The notes: a model not told the origin generated them from the sequence alone. A DNA stretch of 39,240 nucleotides from Minisyncoccota bacterium (GCA_963668425.1 OY764332.1:1-39240); one strand, 5' to 3'. Shown: positions 8,767 to 17,370, counted from the first letter of the stretch. Program-made: numbers and translations.

Positions 8767-9366
8767 CTAGCGGGAATAATACTCAAGTATTGCCGGAATT
8801 GAAAATACCATCTCGCCAAGCATAGGTCTTTCGGTGATGTTGCCTTGGCGCACTTTGCCATCCCAAGAAACCCATTTGACACGTGGTTTTTTTGTGTTTC
8901 CGGCAAGCAACATTTCAAATAATTTTGTCTTCATACTCCCTTCCCGAATTCCAATAGTGTCTGTGTCACGTACTTGGTAGGAGGATATAGTCGTTTTTCG
9001 ATCATTTACTGTAAAATGACCATGTGAAACCATTTGTCGTGCCATACGCCTGGTTGGCGCAAGATTAAGTTGGTATACTACATTGTCTAATCGTCGCTCT
9101 AAAATTTCGGCAAGTGCTTCTTCAGTTTGTGTTTTTTGATTCGCAACTGCTTTCTTGACATAGTTTTTCAGTGCTCGTTCAGAGATGCTATACACATAAC
9201 GCACTTTTTGTTTTTCAGCTAGTTGTTTTCCATACTCAGAAATTGAACCTCTTCGTCGCTTTGGAACACGTCGCTGTTCGCGTAGGACGAATTTCTGTGT
9301 TTGGCAATTTTCAAAAAGTGGTGCTTGTAACCGTCTGCTAATTTTATGTTTTTTTACTTTTTTCAT
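8767..9366 (-). CDS. rpsD: 30S ribosomal protein S4
   Basis: YGKQLAEKQKVRYVY and the S4 RNA-binding domain RLDNVVYQLNLAPTRRMARQMVSHGHFTVN. Confidence 0.9.
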   Translation of the reverse strand: MKKVKKHKISRRLQAPLFENCQTQKFVLREQRRVPKRRRGSISEYGKQLAEKQKVRYVYSISERALKNYVKKAVANQKTQTEEALAEILERRLDNVVYQLNLAPTRRMARQMVSHGHFTVNDRKTTISSYQVRDTDTIGIREGSMKTKLFEMLLAGNTKKPRVKWVSWDGKVRQGNITERPMLGEMVFSIPAILEYYSR

Positions 9367-9399
9367 AGATGTTTTGTCTGTTTCTTCTTTGCAATGCCA

Positions 9400-9837
9400 T
9401 TATACACGTCTTGGTTTTTTGCGACGTGGTCCGTTATGTGGTACTGGTGTTCTGTCGCGAATGGAGTGTATGACGAAACCCCTGTTTAGAAACGAACGAA
9501 GCGCTGATTCTCTTCCGCTTCCAACACCTTTTACGATAATATCTACGTCTTTAACACCTACTGCTGTTGCTTTTTCGGCAACTGCTTCTGCAACTTTTGC
9601 CGCCGCATACGGTGTCGCCTTTTTTGCACTACTGAAGCCAAGCGTACTACTGGTTACCCACATTACTACATTGCCATTTGGTTCAGTGAATAACACTTTG
9701 GTGTTATTAAAAGTTGCCTCAACAAAGATGATGCCTTTATTGATTTTCTTTTTTGGAATTTTAGAAAGAACACGTGTTCTTTTTCCTGAATCACCCCTAT
9801 TCTGCTCAACTTTATTTGCTGTTCGCTTTTTTCCCAT
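9400..9837 (-). CDS. rpsK: 30S ribosomal protein S11 (with a short basic N-terminal extension)
   Basis: GIIFVEATFNNTKV, GFSSAKKATPYAA, VKGVGSGRESALR and DRTPVPHNGPRRKKPRRV. Confidence 0.9.
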   Translation of the reverse strand: MGKKRTANKVEQNRGDSGKRTRVLSKIPKKKINKGIIFVEATFNNTKVLFTEPNGNVVMWVTSSTLGFSSAKKATPYAAAKVAEAVAEKATAVGVKDVDIIVKGVGSGRESALRSFLNRGFVIHSIRDRTPVPHNGPRRKKPRRV

Positions 9838-9838
9838 A

Positions 9839-10216
9839 CTACTTCTTCTGTAATTTTACTCGTCCAGAGCCCATGGTTTTCACAGGACCTTTTCTTGTTC
9901 GTGCATTTGTTTTTGTTCGTTGGCCACGAACTGGCAATCCAACATTGTGGAAGTGTCCGCGTAAGGTCTGTATGTCTTTTAGTCGTTTGATGTTCTGTGC
10001 TACCGTTCGACGCAAGTCACCTTCAACAGTATATTCTTCAATTTTTTTGCGAATTGCAGTTTCTTGATCCATGTTTAAATCCCTAACCTTGCTGGTCGGG
10101 TCTATGGATAAATCTTCCAGAATATTTGCTGCTCGTGATTGACCGATGCCGTGCACCGCCATGAGCGCGATTCTCAAATGTTTTTTTTCAGGTATATTTA
10201 CTCCAACAATACGCAT
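9839..10216 (-). CDS. rpsM: 30S ribosomal protein S13
   Basis: MRIVGVNIPEKKHLRIALMAVHGIGQSRA, GDLRR and RGQRTKTNARTRKG. Confidence 0.9.
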   Translation of the reverse strand: MRIVGVNIPEKKHLRIALMAVHGIGQSRAANILEDLSIDPTSKVRDLNMDQETAIRKKIEEYTVEGDLRRTVAQNIKRLKDIQTLRGHFHNVGLPVRGQRTKTNARTRKGPVKTMGSGRVKLQKK

Positions 10217-10222
10217 AGAATA

Positions 10223-10408
10223 TTATTTTTTCTTTCGCCGTTTCCTGTGGGCAGTTGGTCGCCGGCGTTTTTGTGTTTTCTTTTTTGGACTTGATTTTTG
10301 TCGCATTTTTCTGCGGGGATTTGTTTTGTTTATAAGGTATAGGCGACCACTTCGACGTACAATTTGATCGTTCTTATCTTTTTTTTTGATAGAAGTTTTG
10401 ACTTTCAT
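10223..10408 (-). CDS. rpmJ: 50S ribosomal protein L36, Cys-free (type B / YkgO-like) with a roughly 22-aa polybasic C-terminal extension
   Basis: [37 protein letters not shown] aligns with L36 (MKV+.S+K... GR+Y+I.. NPR.K.RQ), but all Zn-ligand positions are D/D/I/R. The extra tail reads [24 protein letters not shown]. The gene sits in the canonical slot between infA and rpsM. Confidence 0.8.
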   Translation of the reverse strand: MKVKTSIKKKDKNDQIVRRSGRLYLINKTNPRRKMRQKSSPKKKTQKRRRPTAHRKRRKKK

Positions 10409-10443
10409 ACATAATTACAAATAGATATTTTACTGCCACCCTC

Positions 10444-10680
10444 TCAAAGACGCTTGACAATTCTTGCTCTGCCGCCGTGTGGATCTAACACAAGAGACAC
10501 CTTATCTCCTACAAGGACCCTAATGCGATTCATACGCATACGCCCTGACAAATAAGCAAGTGCTTGCTTATTTGTTTCTTCCACTGTTACTCTAAATAAC
10601 GTATTAGGGAGTGTTTCATCAACACTTCCTATGACTTCTTCTGCTTGCTTGCTTTTATCTTGCTTCATTACAGTGGGCAT
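10444..10680 (-). CDS. infA: translation initiation factor IF-1
   Basis: S1-like fold pattern: LPNTLFRVTVEE...ALAYLSGRMRMNRIRVLVGDKVSLVLDPHGGRARIVKRL. Confidence 0.9.
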   Translation of the reverse strand: MPTVMKQDKSKQAEEVIGSVDETLPNTLFRVTVEETNKQALAYLSGRMRMNRIRVLVGDKVSLVLDPHGGRARIVKRL

Positions 10681-10753
10681 ATTAATTCTAACATATTAAA
10701 AAGCATTCATGCAAGGTATTGTGTAAAAAAATCTATTCATAACACTTGAAATA

Positions 10754-11395
10754 CTATTTGTCAAGTTTATTTTTTCTATAGGTTTCTATATTTTTGTGAT
10801 GTCCTGAAAGTAGTATTTTTGGAACGCGATAGACCTTTCCGTCATATTTCAGTAATTCTGGACGAGTGTACACACTACTGCCTGCCACTCGAACATCCTC
10901 TCGTGAAGCTTCATTTCCTAGCACTCCGGGCGTTTCCCGTGCCACTGCATCAATGATGCTCATTGCTGGTAGTTCACCACCAGTAAGCGTATATGCCCCG
11001 ATGGATACGTGCTCTGCGCATGTCGCTTCTGCGACACGTTCGTCAATGCCTTCATAGTGTCCACAGAAAAAGATAAGGTTTTCATATTGTGTATATTCTT
11101 TTGCTTTTTTCTGTGTAAACAATACACCACCAGGAGTGAGGAAAATCACTTTCCTTGCTCCCTTATATTGTTTTGTTTTTTCAAAACATTGAAGGTATGG
11201 TTCTGCTTTGAGAACCATACCTGGTCCTCCGCCGTATTGACGACTGTCAACGCGCTTTAGTGCCGGCACTTCATTAATGGGATTGTAATACTGTATTTCA
11301 ATTATCTTTTTCTCAACTGCTCTTCCTAAGATAGAGCATTGGAAATACGGTTTACACACCTCTGGAAACAGTGTTATGATATGCACCCGCAACAT
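10754..11395 (-). CDS. trmD: tRNA (guanine37-N1)-methyltransferase
   Basis: IITLFPE, DSRQYGGGPGMVLKAEP, FFCGHYEGIDERV and ISIGAYTLTGGELPAM motifs. Confidence 0.9.
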   Translation of the reverse strand: MLRVHIITLFPEVCKPYFQCSILGRAVEKKIIEIQYYNPINEVPALKRVDSRQYGGGPGMVLKAEPYLQCFEKTKQYKGARKVIFLTPGGVLFTQKKAKEYTQYENLIFFCGHYEGIDERVAEATCAEHVSIGAYTLTGGELPAMSIIDAVARETPGVLGNEASREDVRVAGSSVYTRPELLKYDGKVYRVPKILLSGHHKNIETYRKNKLDK

Positions 11396-11403
11396 AGCAG
11401 CTA

Positions 11404-11691
11404 TTACATTTCGTTCTTCTCTGGTTCTTCTATAATAACGCTTACTTTTGCTTCATGTTGACCACCGTATGCGTGCATAATAGTTCGAATTGCAGTTGCC
11501 ATTCTTCCTTGTGCGCCGATAACTTTCCCCATGTCATTTGGATCAACATTGAGTGTTAATTTCACACCCTGCTTATCAACTTCCTGCTCTACCATAACTT
11601 TTTCAGGATTATCAACAATTCTTTGGATAATTTCTTTGAGAAACTGTGCCTCTTCTTTTACTTGTGTCATATTTTCTATTTTATTAAACAA
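11404..11691 (-). CDS. KH-domain RNA-binding protein (YlqC/UPF0109-like)
   Basis: GKVIGAQGRMATAIRTIM (GxxG KH loop); conserved position between rpsP and trmD. Confidence 0.8.
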   Translation of the reverse strand: MFNKIENMTQVKEEAQFLKEIIQRIVDNPEKVMVEQEVDKQGVKLTLNVDPNDMGKVIGAQGRMATAIRTIMHAYGGQHEAKVSVIIEEPEKNEM

Positions 11692-11700
11692 TAACTAATT

Positions 11701-12195
11701 TCATCCTTCCGTAGAAGGAGTGTCTTGTGGAAGTGATGTTTGCGATTCTTTTTCACTGGTGTCAGTGCTACTGTCTGTACTTTTCTCTTTAGGTGTATCT
11801 GACTCTGATGCTTCAGTTTTCTTATCTTCTGTATTTGTAACAGTAGTGTCAGATGCCTGTGCGTTGTTTGTTGTTGCTTTTTCTTGATCAATGCTGGCAC
11901 TGTCATCTTTCTTTTTTGCAATAGGACTTTTTTTCGGTAACGTATTTACTTTCACTCCCTCTATTATCCCATTTTTGATTAAAATATTGTGCATTGTGTC
12001 TGATGCTTGAGCTCCTGTTGACAGCCAGTATAGTATCCGCTCATTATTTAATGAGGTTGTTTTTCGTATTGTGTCATATGTTCCCAATAACTCAACCGGT
12101 TTTCCTTTTTTTGCTGCTGTTGCAGAATCAATCACAACAACCCTATATGAAGGGTTGTTTCGTCGACCAATACGCTGTAGCCGTATTTTTAACAT
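11701..12195 (-). CDS. rpsP: 30S ribosomal protein S16 with a roughly 75-aa Ser/Thr/Asp/Glu/Lys-rich C-terminal tail
   Basis: Track ORF trimmed to the internal Met: MLKIRLQRIGRRNNPSYRVVVIDS...ILYWLSTGAQASDT is the canonical S16 N-terminus. The tail reads KKKDDSASIDQEKATTNNAQASDTTVTNTEDKKTEASESDTPKEKSTDSSTDTSEKESQ. Confidence 0.85.
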   Translation of the reverse strand: MLKIRLQRIGRRNNPSYRVVVIDSATAAKKGKPVELLGTYDTIRKTTSLNNERILYWLSTGAQASDTMHNILIKNGIIEGVKVNTLPKKSPIAKKKDDSASIDQEKATTNNAQASDTTVTNTEDKKTEASESDTPKEKSTDSSTDTSEKESQTSLPQDTPSTEG

Positions 12196-12270
12196 GATGT
12201 ATATAGTATAGCATAGCAGTAGGTTGATACAATCAGCTTGTGTATCCACTGCCACTACTTTTCAAACTTA

Positions 12271-12552
12271 CTACTCTGGCACGTGCGCAGCTGAAACCGT
12301 CATTGGCTCTATAATGACAAGATGGGATGCAACTACATTGTGCATATCTATCTCTTGCACCCCTGCACTCGCCATTTGTACAATTTGATTTCTCACAAAA
12401 TATATTTCTTCTTCTGTCTGTCTTGCAGTGTTCACATATTGCCCACTCATATATACAAAATACATATGTGATGCTATGACTCCGATGCATAACGTAACTA
12501 CAATGCCTGTGATGCTGCTGCGAATAAAAATTCCTTTTCGTGTTTTTTTCAT
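12271..12552 (-). CDS. small bitopic membrane protein in the FtsL position of the dcw cluster
   Basis: Trimmed to the internal Met (MKKTRKGIFIRSSITGIVVTLCIGVIASHMYFVY = basic N-terminus plus one TM). It starts 7 nt after the rsmH stop. The call rests on position and topology only. Confidence 0.45.
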   Translation of the reverse strand: MKKTRKGIFIRSSITGIVVTLCIGVIASHMYFVYMSGQYVNTARQTEEEIYFVRNQIVQMASAGVQEIDMHNVVASHLVIIEPMTVSAAHVPE

Positions 12553-12559
12553 ATAATTT

Positions 12560-13456
12560 TTAAGTAACAATAAAGGTTCGTAATGTTGCGCTTCGTGCGC
12601 GAGGGTTAGACATACACTCTTCTTGCGTTGGCTTGTATGCTTTCTTTGTATATCGTTTTCCAATGTTCTCCTGTTCCCACGTTTTAAATATTTGTTTTAC
12701 CACCCTGCTTTCCCCGCTGTGAAATGCTATGATGCTAATTCTCCCTTTCGGTTGCATGAGTGGCTGTATTGCTGCAAGGAATTGCTTGAGCGTATTGATT
12801 TCATCATTTACTGTTATGCGAATTGCTTGAAATGTCCTGGTTGCTGCGTGTATGTGCCGCGGATGAAGTCGTCTTGGTATCGCTCCTGCCACAATATCTG
12901 CAAGATGTTTTGTTGTGGTGATTGGTGATATGGCGCGTGCTTTTACAATATGCTTTGCTATACGCACTGCCCATCGTTCTCCGCCATATCCCTTGATAAT
13001 ATCTGCTAGATTATTTTCTTCAAATATGTTCACCACATCAAATGCTGTTACCGTGCATGCATTTTTTTGTGTGCCGTAACACATGTTTAATGGTTCATCG
13101 TGCATAAAAGAGAATCCTCTTCCACTTTGTATCTGATGGGATCCCCATCCTAAATCAAGGAGCACTCGGTCATATCCTGCTATTGCTAACTTTTTTGTGA
13201 TAGCTGTAATATTTCTGAAATTTTCTTCCACGAAATGTGCCGTTATTCCTTTCGCTAATGGCATAAGGTGCTGCTGTGCTGTTGTCAATGCGTTTTTGTC
13301 TGCGTCAATTCCTACAAATATTCCATTCTGCATTGCATGCACTAGATCTCTTGCGTGCCCGCCAAGTCCGATTGTGCCGTCAAGAACAATGTTGTTCGGT
13401 TGAATTGCCATCTGCTCAAGCACTTCTTGCACTAATACAGGTATGTGTTTTTCCAT
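12560..13456 (-). CDS. rsmH: 16S rRNA (cytosine1402-N4)-methyltransferase
   Basis: HIPVLVQEVLE, DGTIGLGGHA, LLDLGWGSHQI, ISFHSGE-like IAFHSGESRVVK and NPRARSA motifs; follows mraZ. Confidence 0.9.
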   Translation of the reverse strand: MEKHIPVLVQEVLEQMAIQPNNIVLDGTIGLGGHARDLVHAMQNGIFVGIDADKNALTTAQQHLMPLAKGITAHFVEENFRNITAITKKLAIAGYDRVLLDLGWGSHQIQSGRGFSFMHDEPLNMCYGTQKNACTVTAFDVVNIFEENNLADIIKGYGGERWAVRIAKHIVKARAISPITTTKHLADIVAGAIPRRLHPRHIHAATRTFQAIRITVNDEINTLKQFLAAIQPLMQPKGRISIIAFHSGESRVVKQIFKTWEQENIGKRYTKKAYKPTQEECMSNPRARSATLRTFIVT

Positions 13457-13478
13457 GGTGCATGAGTAGCGTCAACCT

Positions 13479-13913
13479 TTAATCGCTCAATTTTTGAAAC
13501 TCTTCCCCTTCGGCAAGCATTTGTGCTTCGTGTAGGTCTGGCATGCCTTCATTCTCCCATTCCTGTGAACTCCATATTTGAAATCCTTCTTCAGTGCTGA
13601 CAAATACAACGGTCTCTTTTAGATTCGCAAATTGTGCAAGATGCTCCGGTATCAATACTCTGCCGGCACTATCAACGGCAATCTGTTCAACGGTTGTAAG
13701 AAATCGTGACAACTTTCTGTGCTTTGCACTAATAGAAAGTCGCTTGTTCAAAACCTGTGCCTTTGTTTTGCCACTCTCCCACATCTTGCTTGCATACACA
13801 TTTAAACATGTATCAAGTCCGCGGCTGATAACTAGTGTCGTTCCAAGTAGCTTTCGACACTTTGTCGGGACAGCAAACCTCCTCTTTTTGTCCATTGTCA
13901 AATAAAATTCCAT
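13479..13913 (-). CDS. mraZ: transcriptional regulator MraZ
   Basis: Trimmed to MEFYLTMDKKRRFAVPTKCRK... The second half-domain is VDSAGRVLIPEHLAQFANL (the two DxxGR/SpoVT-AbrB-like repeats). It is 144 aa and sits upstream of rsmH. Confidence 0.85.
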   Translation of the reverse strand: MEFYLTMDKKRRFAVPTKCRKLLGTTLVISRGLDTCLNVYASKMWESGKTKAQVLNKRLSISAKHRKLSRFLTTVEQIAVDSAGRVLIPEHLAQFANLKETVVFVSTEEGFQIWSSQEWENEGMPDLHEAQMLAEGEEFQKLSD

Positions 13914-13957
13914 AGCTGTGTGTATACCCCTTCCTCCCACCACGCTTCTACTATAAA

Positions 13958-13991
13958 CCATTTATTTCCACATATCCCCACTTTTTTCCAC
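13958..13991 (-). promoter_or_regulatory. candidate MraZ operator: four direct GTGG/ATGG boxes at exact 10-nt phasing upstream of mraZ
   Basis: Minus strand reads GTGGA AAAAA GTGGG GATAT GTGGA AATAA ATGGT (plus-strand CCAC at 13988, 13978 and 13968, CCAT at 13958). The boxes lie 45-78 nt upstream of the mraZ ATG. E. coli MraZ binds TGGGN repeats with the same 10-bp periodicity. Confidence 0.5.
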
Positions 13992-14207
13992 AATTTTATG
14001 TAAAATAGAAAAATATCCTTATTTAGCAGGGGTATTTCAATATTGTTTTGTGTAAAAACTAACCCTTGCCCCTTGACACCATTTTGACCCATTACTCATC
14101 AGATATTTGCACTCTCAATGCCATACAAAATGGATATCAATTTACTCGGATGCTATGCAAAGACATATGGCATGCCTTTCAGGAACATTGTAGAAGTATG
14201 CTTTGTT

Positions 14208-14522
14208 TTACTGACACCCTTTTGCGAGAGTATACCCCTCTGCCTGCGCTTTCTCTGGTGTGTTGTACCATATCTTATTTTCTTTGACTATAGTATTACC
14301 CGCATTACACCACCATGGATAATACCGCTTACCTTGTTTTGATGCGTACACTCGTTTCCTATTGTTTTGCTGCTCAACTTCCAATGGCATCAGATGTATA
14401 TCGGCTGTTGTCTTTGTTGCGTTATGAAATGAATGTATGAATAATCCACCAAGTAGGAATGCTCCCACCCCCACCAACACAATGATTAGCACCTCATACC
14501 ACTTATTGAATATATCTTTCAT
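14208..14522 (-). CDS. small membrane protein with C-terminal Ada-Zn-binding-like / sunset-type motif
   Basis: Trimmed to [29 protein letters not shown] (TM helix). The C-terminus is [39 protein letters not shown], which fits the Y..C....I...N...F/Y.....A...GY...K.C pattern. Confidence 0.5.
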   Translation of the reverse strand: MKDIFNKWYEVLIIVLVGVGAFLLGGLFIHSFHNATKTTADIHLMPLEVEQQNNRKRVYASKQGKRYYPWWCNAGNTIVKENKIWYNTPEKAQAEGYTLAKGCQ

Positions 14523-14550
14523 ATACGGTATACTAAGTATTGACAATAGT

Positions 14551-14829
14551 ATGGCACATAGGAAGGCGGGAGGATCCGCAAAAAGTTTACGTGATTCAAA
14601 ACCAAAGTTTCTTGGTATCAAGCGAGGTGACGGTCAACAGGTGCGTATTGGCGAGATATTGGTTCGTCAACGAGGTTTGTGCATTCTGGCTGGCAAGGAT
14701 GTTGGTGTTGGCAAAGATCATACTTTGTTTGCCTTGCAGGATGGTGTTGTTCGGTTTATCACACGTAGAAAAACTGCCTTTACTGGCAAAGCAAGAAATC
14801 GTACGGTTGCCACGATTGAATCAGTATAA
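14551..14829 (+). CDS. rpmA: 50S ribosomal protein L27
   Basis: Trimmed to [42 protein letters not shown]...[13 protein letters not shown], the canonical L27 sequence. Confidence 0.9.
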   Translation: MAHRKAGGSAKSLRDSKPKFLGIKRGDGQQVRIGEILVRQRGLCILAGKDVGVGKDHTLFALQDGVVRFITRRKTAFTGKARNRTVATIESV

Positions 14830-14841
14830 CTATGGTATTGT

Positions 14842-15315
14842 ATGCATCCTGTTGTTTCATCTATTCGCTCACTTCTTGATGAGCATGCTGTCCCTTACAC
14901 TTTTATTGAGCATGAGGCAGGTATCACTAGCGAGGAAATGATGCTCATCAGAAAGGATTATTCTTTATCGGAGGGTGCGAAAGCACTCATCCTGCTGACT
15001 GATATCGGTTTTGTGCAAGTGGTTGTGCCTGGTGATAAAAAATTTAAGAACAGTAAACTGCGTAAGGTGATTCGCACCAAAGATATTCGTTTTGCCACAT
15101 TGGAGGAATTAGCAACTATTACAGATGGCATACTTCCTGGTGCAATTCCGCCATTCGGCACTCTTTTTAATCTTACTGTTTACGCCGATAAAAAACTTTT
15201 CGCTAATGATCATATTGTTTTTAATTGTGGTGAGCGAACTGCCAGCATTAGCATGCAATCTGACGATTACAAGAATGTCATCCGTCCCGTCATTGTTGAC
15301 ATAACTGAAGAATGA
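14842..15315 (+). CDS. YbaK/ProX-type aminoacyl-tRNA deacylase domain protein
   Basis: 157 aa, with GAKALILLTD, VVVPGDKKFKNSKLRKV, PGAIPPFG and VFNCGERT, typical of the YbaK/prolyl-tRNA editing fold. Confidence 0.7.
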   Translation: MHPVVSSIRSLLDEHAVPYTFIEHEAGITSEEMMLIRKDYSLSEGAKALILLTDIGFVQVVVPGDKKFKNSKLRKVIRTKDIRFATLEELATITDGILPGAIPPFGTLFNLTVYADKKLFANDHIVFNCGERTASISMQSDDYKNVIRPVIVDITEE

Positions 15316-15406
15316 CTATTTTGTTGAGAATGCATCTGCTGCAATCCTATCACTCGCCTCCATTAAAAGATTCTAGATTGTTTGCTATACGATTATGGCG
15401 AGGTGA

Positions 15407-17101
15407 TTATTCACCGTGTATGTACTGAGGATACTGCTCTGCGATGGCATTAAAAAACATCTTTGCAGTAGCAATAGCACCACTTTCCTGTTCACTTCTC
15501 TCCATCACAATAGCAAACGCATATTTTGGTTTTTCATACGGAAAGAATCCAACTAAAAGTGAGTTTAATATATCGCTTGTGCCTATCTGTGCCGTTCCTG
15601 TTTTTGCTGCGAGGGTGTATGTGTTAGTATGCAATGCTTTTGCCGTTCCTTCGATAACGGTTTTTCGCATTCCCGCTCGTATCATCTTTAAACTTTCTTC
15701 TGATATTGCCAGTCGAACCTTTTTTGACTGTTTTCCGTTTTGTAAGTGTGGTTCAAGAAAAATGCCGCCATTGGCAATTGCTGCCGTCGCTCGCACAAGT
15801 TGTAGAGGTGTTGTCTGAAACGCATACTGCCCGATGACAGTATTGTATGTATCTCCGATGGTCCATCCCTCATCGTACCGCTCTTTTTTCCATTTTGGAT
15901 TTGGTACTAACCCGTCCGGCTCATGAAATATGCCGATATTTGTTGATCGTCCAAAGCCGAACATCTTTGCATAAAAATTCAGACGATCAATTCCGAGCCC
16001 TTCATCTATGTGTCCGTAACCTCCACCGACATAGTAAAAGTATACGTTTGATGATTGTGCTATCGCATCGTAGATAGTGAGGTCACCATGCGCTTTCCAA
16101 TCCTTGTGGGTGTATACAATATCTGTATTATACGGATTTTGCACTGTGATGAATCCTTTGCTCGTTATAATGTCATTTGGTGTAACAATTTCTTCTTCTA
16201 ATGCAGCGGCGGCAAAAAACGGTTTTACTGTTGAACCGGGGCTATAGAGTCCAGAAACTGCTCTATGAACAAAAATTCCTTCATCCTGTTGCTCCAGGTA
16301 GTTTGTAGGTATTTTTTCTGTTTGACTTACCAGTATATTATTATCAAAATCTGGATATGACACTAGCGCGATAATCTCTCCACTTTGTACGTTTAGCATG
16401 ACACTGGATCCACTTTGAAACTCTCGATCCTCTGCAACTTTTTTGAGTGTTGTGTAAAGAAGTTTTTGAATATCCGCATCAATAGACACTACCACATCTT
16501 CACCATTTGTTGGCTCTTCTATATATAATTTTGAGATGATGTCTCCATTTGCATTTTTTTCTAATATGATTGACCCGCTCCCGCCGGCAAGCAAAAAATC
16601 ATATTTTTGTTCCAACCCTCCACTTCCTTTTGTCTCCTGACGATAATATTTACCTGACGTATCTTGCTTTGGATATCGTACAAACCCGAGGAGTGAACTA
16701 AATCCCTCTCCTGGGTATGTTCTTTCCGGCAAGGTATCACCACTTTTCCCTGTATTCCAAGCAATTGCTGTTCCGTTTCTGTCATATATGTTTCCCCTAA
16801 TTGGTAATACTGCTATACGATCAAATGAGTTGTTTTCGCTGATACGTGTATATTGGTTCCCTATTATAACTTGTAAATAACCGGTTCGAGCTAGTATGAG
16901 CAACATAAGGAGTGTGAATACTCCACCAAGCCAATATAGCTGATTACTTGCTATAGATCTGTGTAGATGTCCTTCTCCATCTTGTACTGAGAATTCTTTA
17001 TCAGGGATAGATTTATCAATGTAAGTTTCATGCAAATGAGCATGTTGGATCCCTTTTCTTTTTTTGAGCAATCTACCCATCCTCTTTAATGCGTTATTCA
17101 T
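15407..17101 (-). CDS. mrdA: penicillin-binding protein 2 (elongasome transpeptidase)
   Basis: Trimmed to MNNALKRMG... so that the start overlaps the upstream stop (ATGA at 17098-17101). It has an N-terminal TM, a PBP dimerisation region (RGNIYDRNG), SxxK (PGSTVKP), SxN (QSSNVYF) and KTG (AKTGTAQ). It follows mreBCD. Confidence 0.85.
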   Translation of the reverse strand: MNNALKRMGRLLKKRKGIQHAHLHETYIDKSIPDKEFSVQDGEGHLHRSIASNQLYWLGGVFTLLMLLILARTGYLQVIIGNQYTRISENNSFDRIAVLPIRGNIYDRNGTAIAWNTGKSGDTLPERTYPGEGFSSLLGFVRYPKQDTSGKYYRQETKGSGGLEQKYDFLLAGGSGSIILEKNANGDIISKLYIEEPTNGEDVVVSIDADIQKLLYTTLKKVAEDREFQSGSSVMLNVQSGEIIALVSYPDFDNNILVSQTEKIPTNYLEQQDEGIFVHRAVSGLYSPGSTVKPFFAAAALEEEIVTPNDIITSKGFITVQNPYNTDIVYTHKDWKAHGDLTIYDAIAQSSNVYFYYVGGGYGHIDEGLGIDRLNFYAKMFGFGRSTNIGIFHEPDGLVPNPKWKKERYDEGWTIGDTYNTVIGQYAFQTTPLQLVRATAAIANGGIFLEPHLQNGKQSKKVRLAISEESLKMIRAGMRKTVIEGTAKALHTNTYTLAAKTGTAQIGTSDILNSLLVGFFPYEKPKYAFAIVMERSEQESGAIATAKMFFNAIAEQYPQYIHGE

Positions 17102-17364
17102 AAGTTGGTAGTATATCGTAGATATATGCAGAGTGGTAGGAAAAGTATTACATACAGGGTGAGTGATGTCCACGGTGGGGCAATAGAGCCGGGTACCAAA
17201 AAAGAATCAAGTAAGATAGAGAATGCTAATGCACTTGCTGGCAATTTATACCACAATAGTAAAAACGGTATGATTAATAAACCCCAAAATGGTACTAGTG
17301 GTGCCATACCAATTCCTATAACTAATAATCCGCAACCAATAATTTTCATATGTATATGATGCAT
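17098..17364 (-). CDS. mreD: small polytopic membrane protein in the MreD position
   Basis: 88 aa and entirely hydrophobic (2-3 TM), lying between mreC and PBP2 with overlapping or adjacent stops and starts. It is much shorter than typical MreD, so the call rests on synteny only. Confidence 0.4.
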   Translation of the reverse strand: MHHIHMKIIGCGLLVIGIGMAPLVPFWGLLIIPFLLLWYKLPASALAFSILLDSFLVPGSIAPPWTSLTLYVILFLPLCIYLRYTTNL

Positions 17365-17370
17365 ACGTAT

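Noticed and set aside
11676-11921. 81-aa minus-strand ORF in an alternative frame over the S16 tail
   Set aside because: It overlaps rpsP in another frame and the KH gene start. It arises from the repetitive A-rich tail sequence.
12233-12490. 85-aa minus-strand ORF
   Set aside because: It overlaps the FtsL-position gene in another frame and has no supporting signals.
13898-14092. 64-aa minus-strand ORF upstream of mraZ
   Set aside because: It overlaps the mraZ start and the phased operator boxes. It is better explained as a regulatory region.
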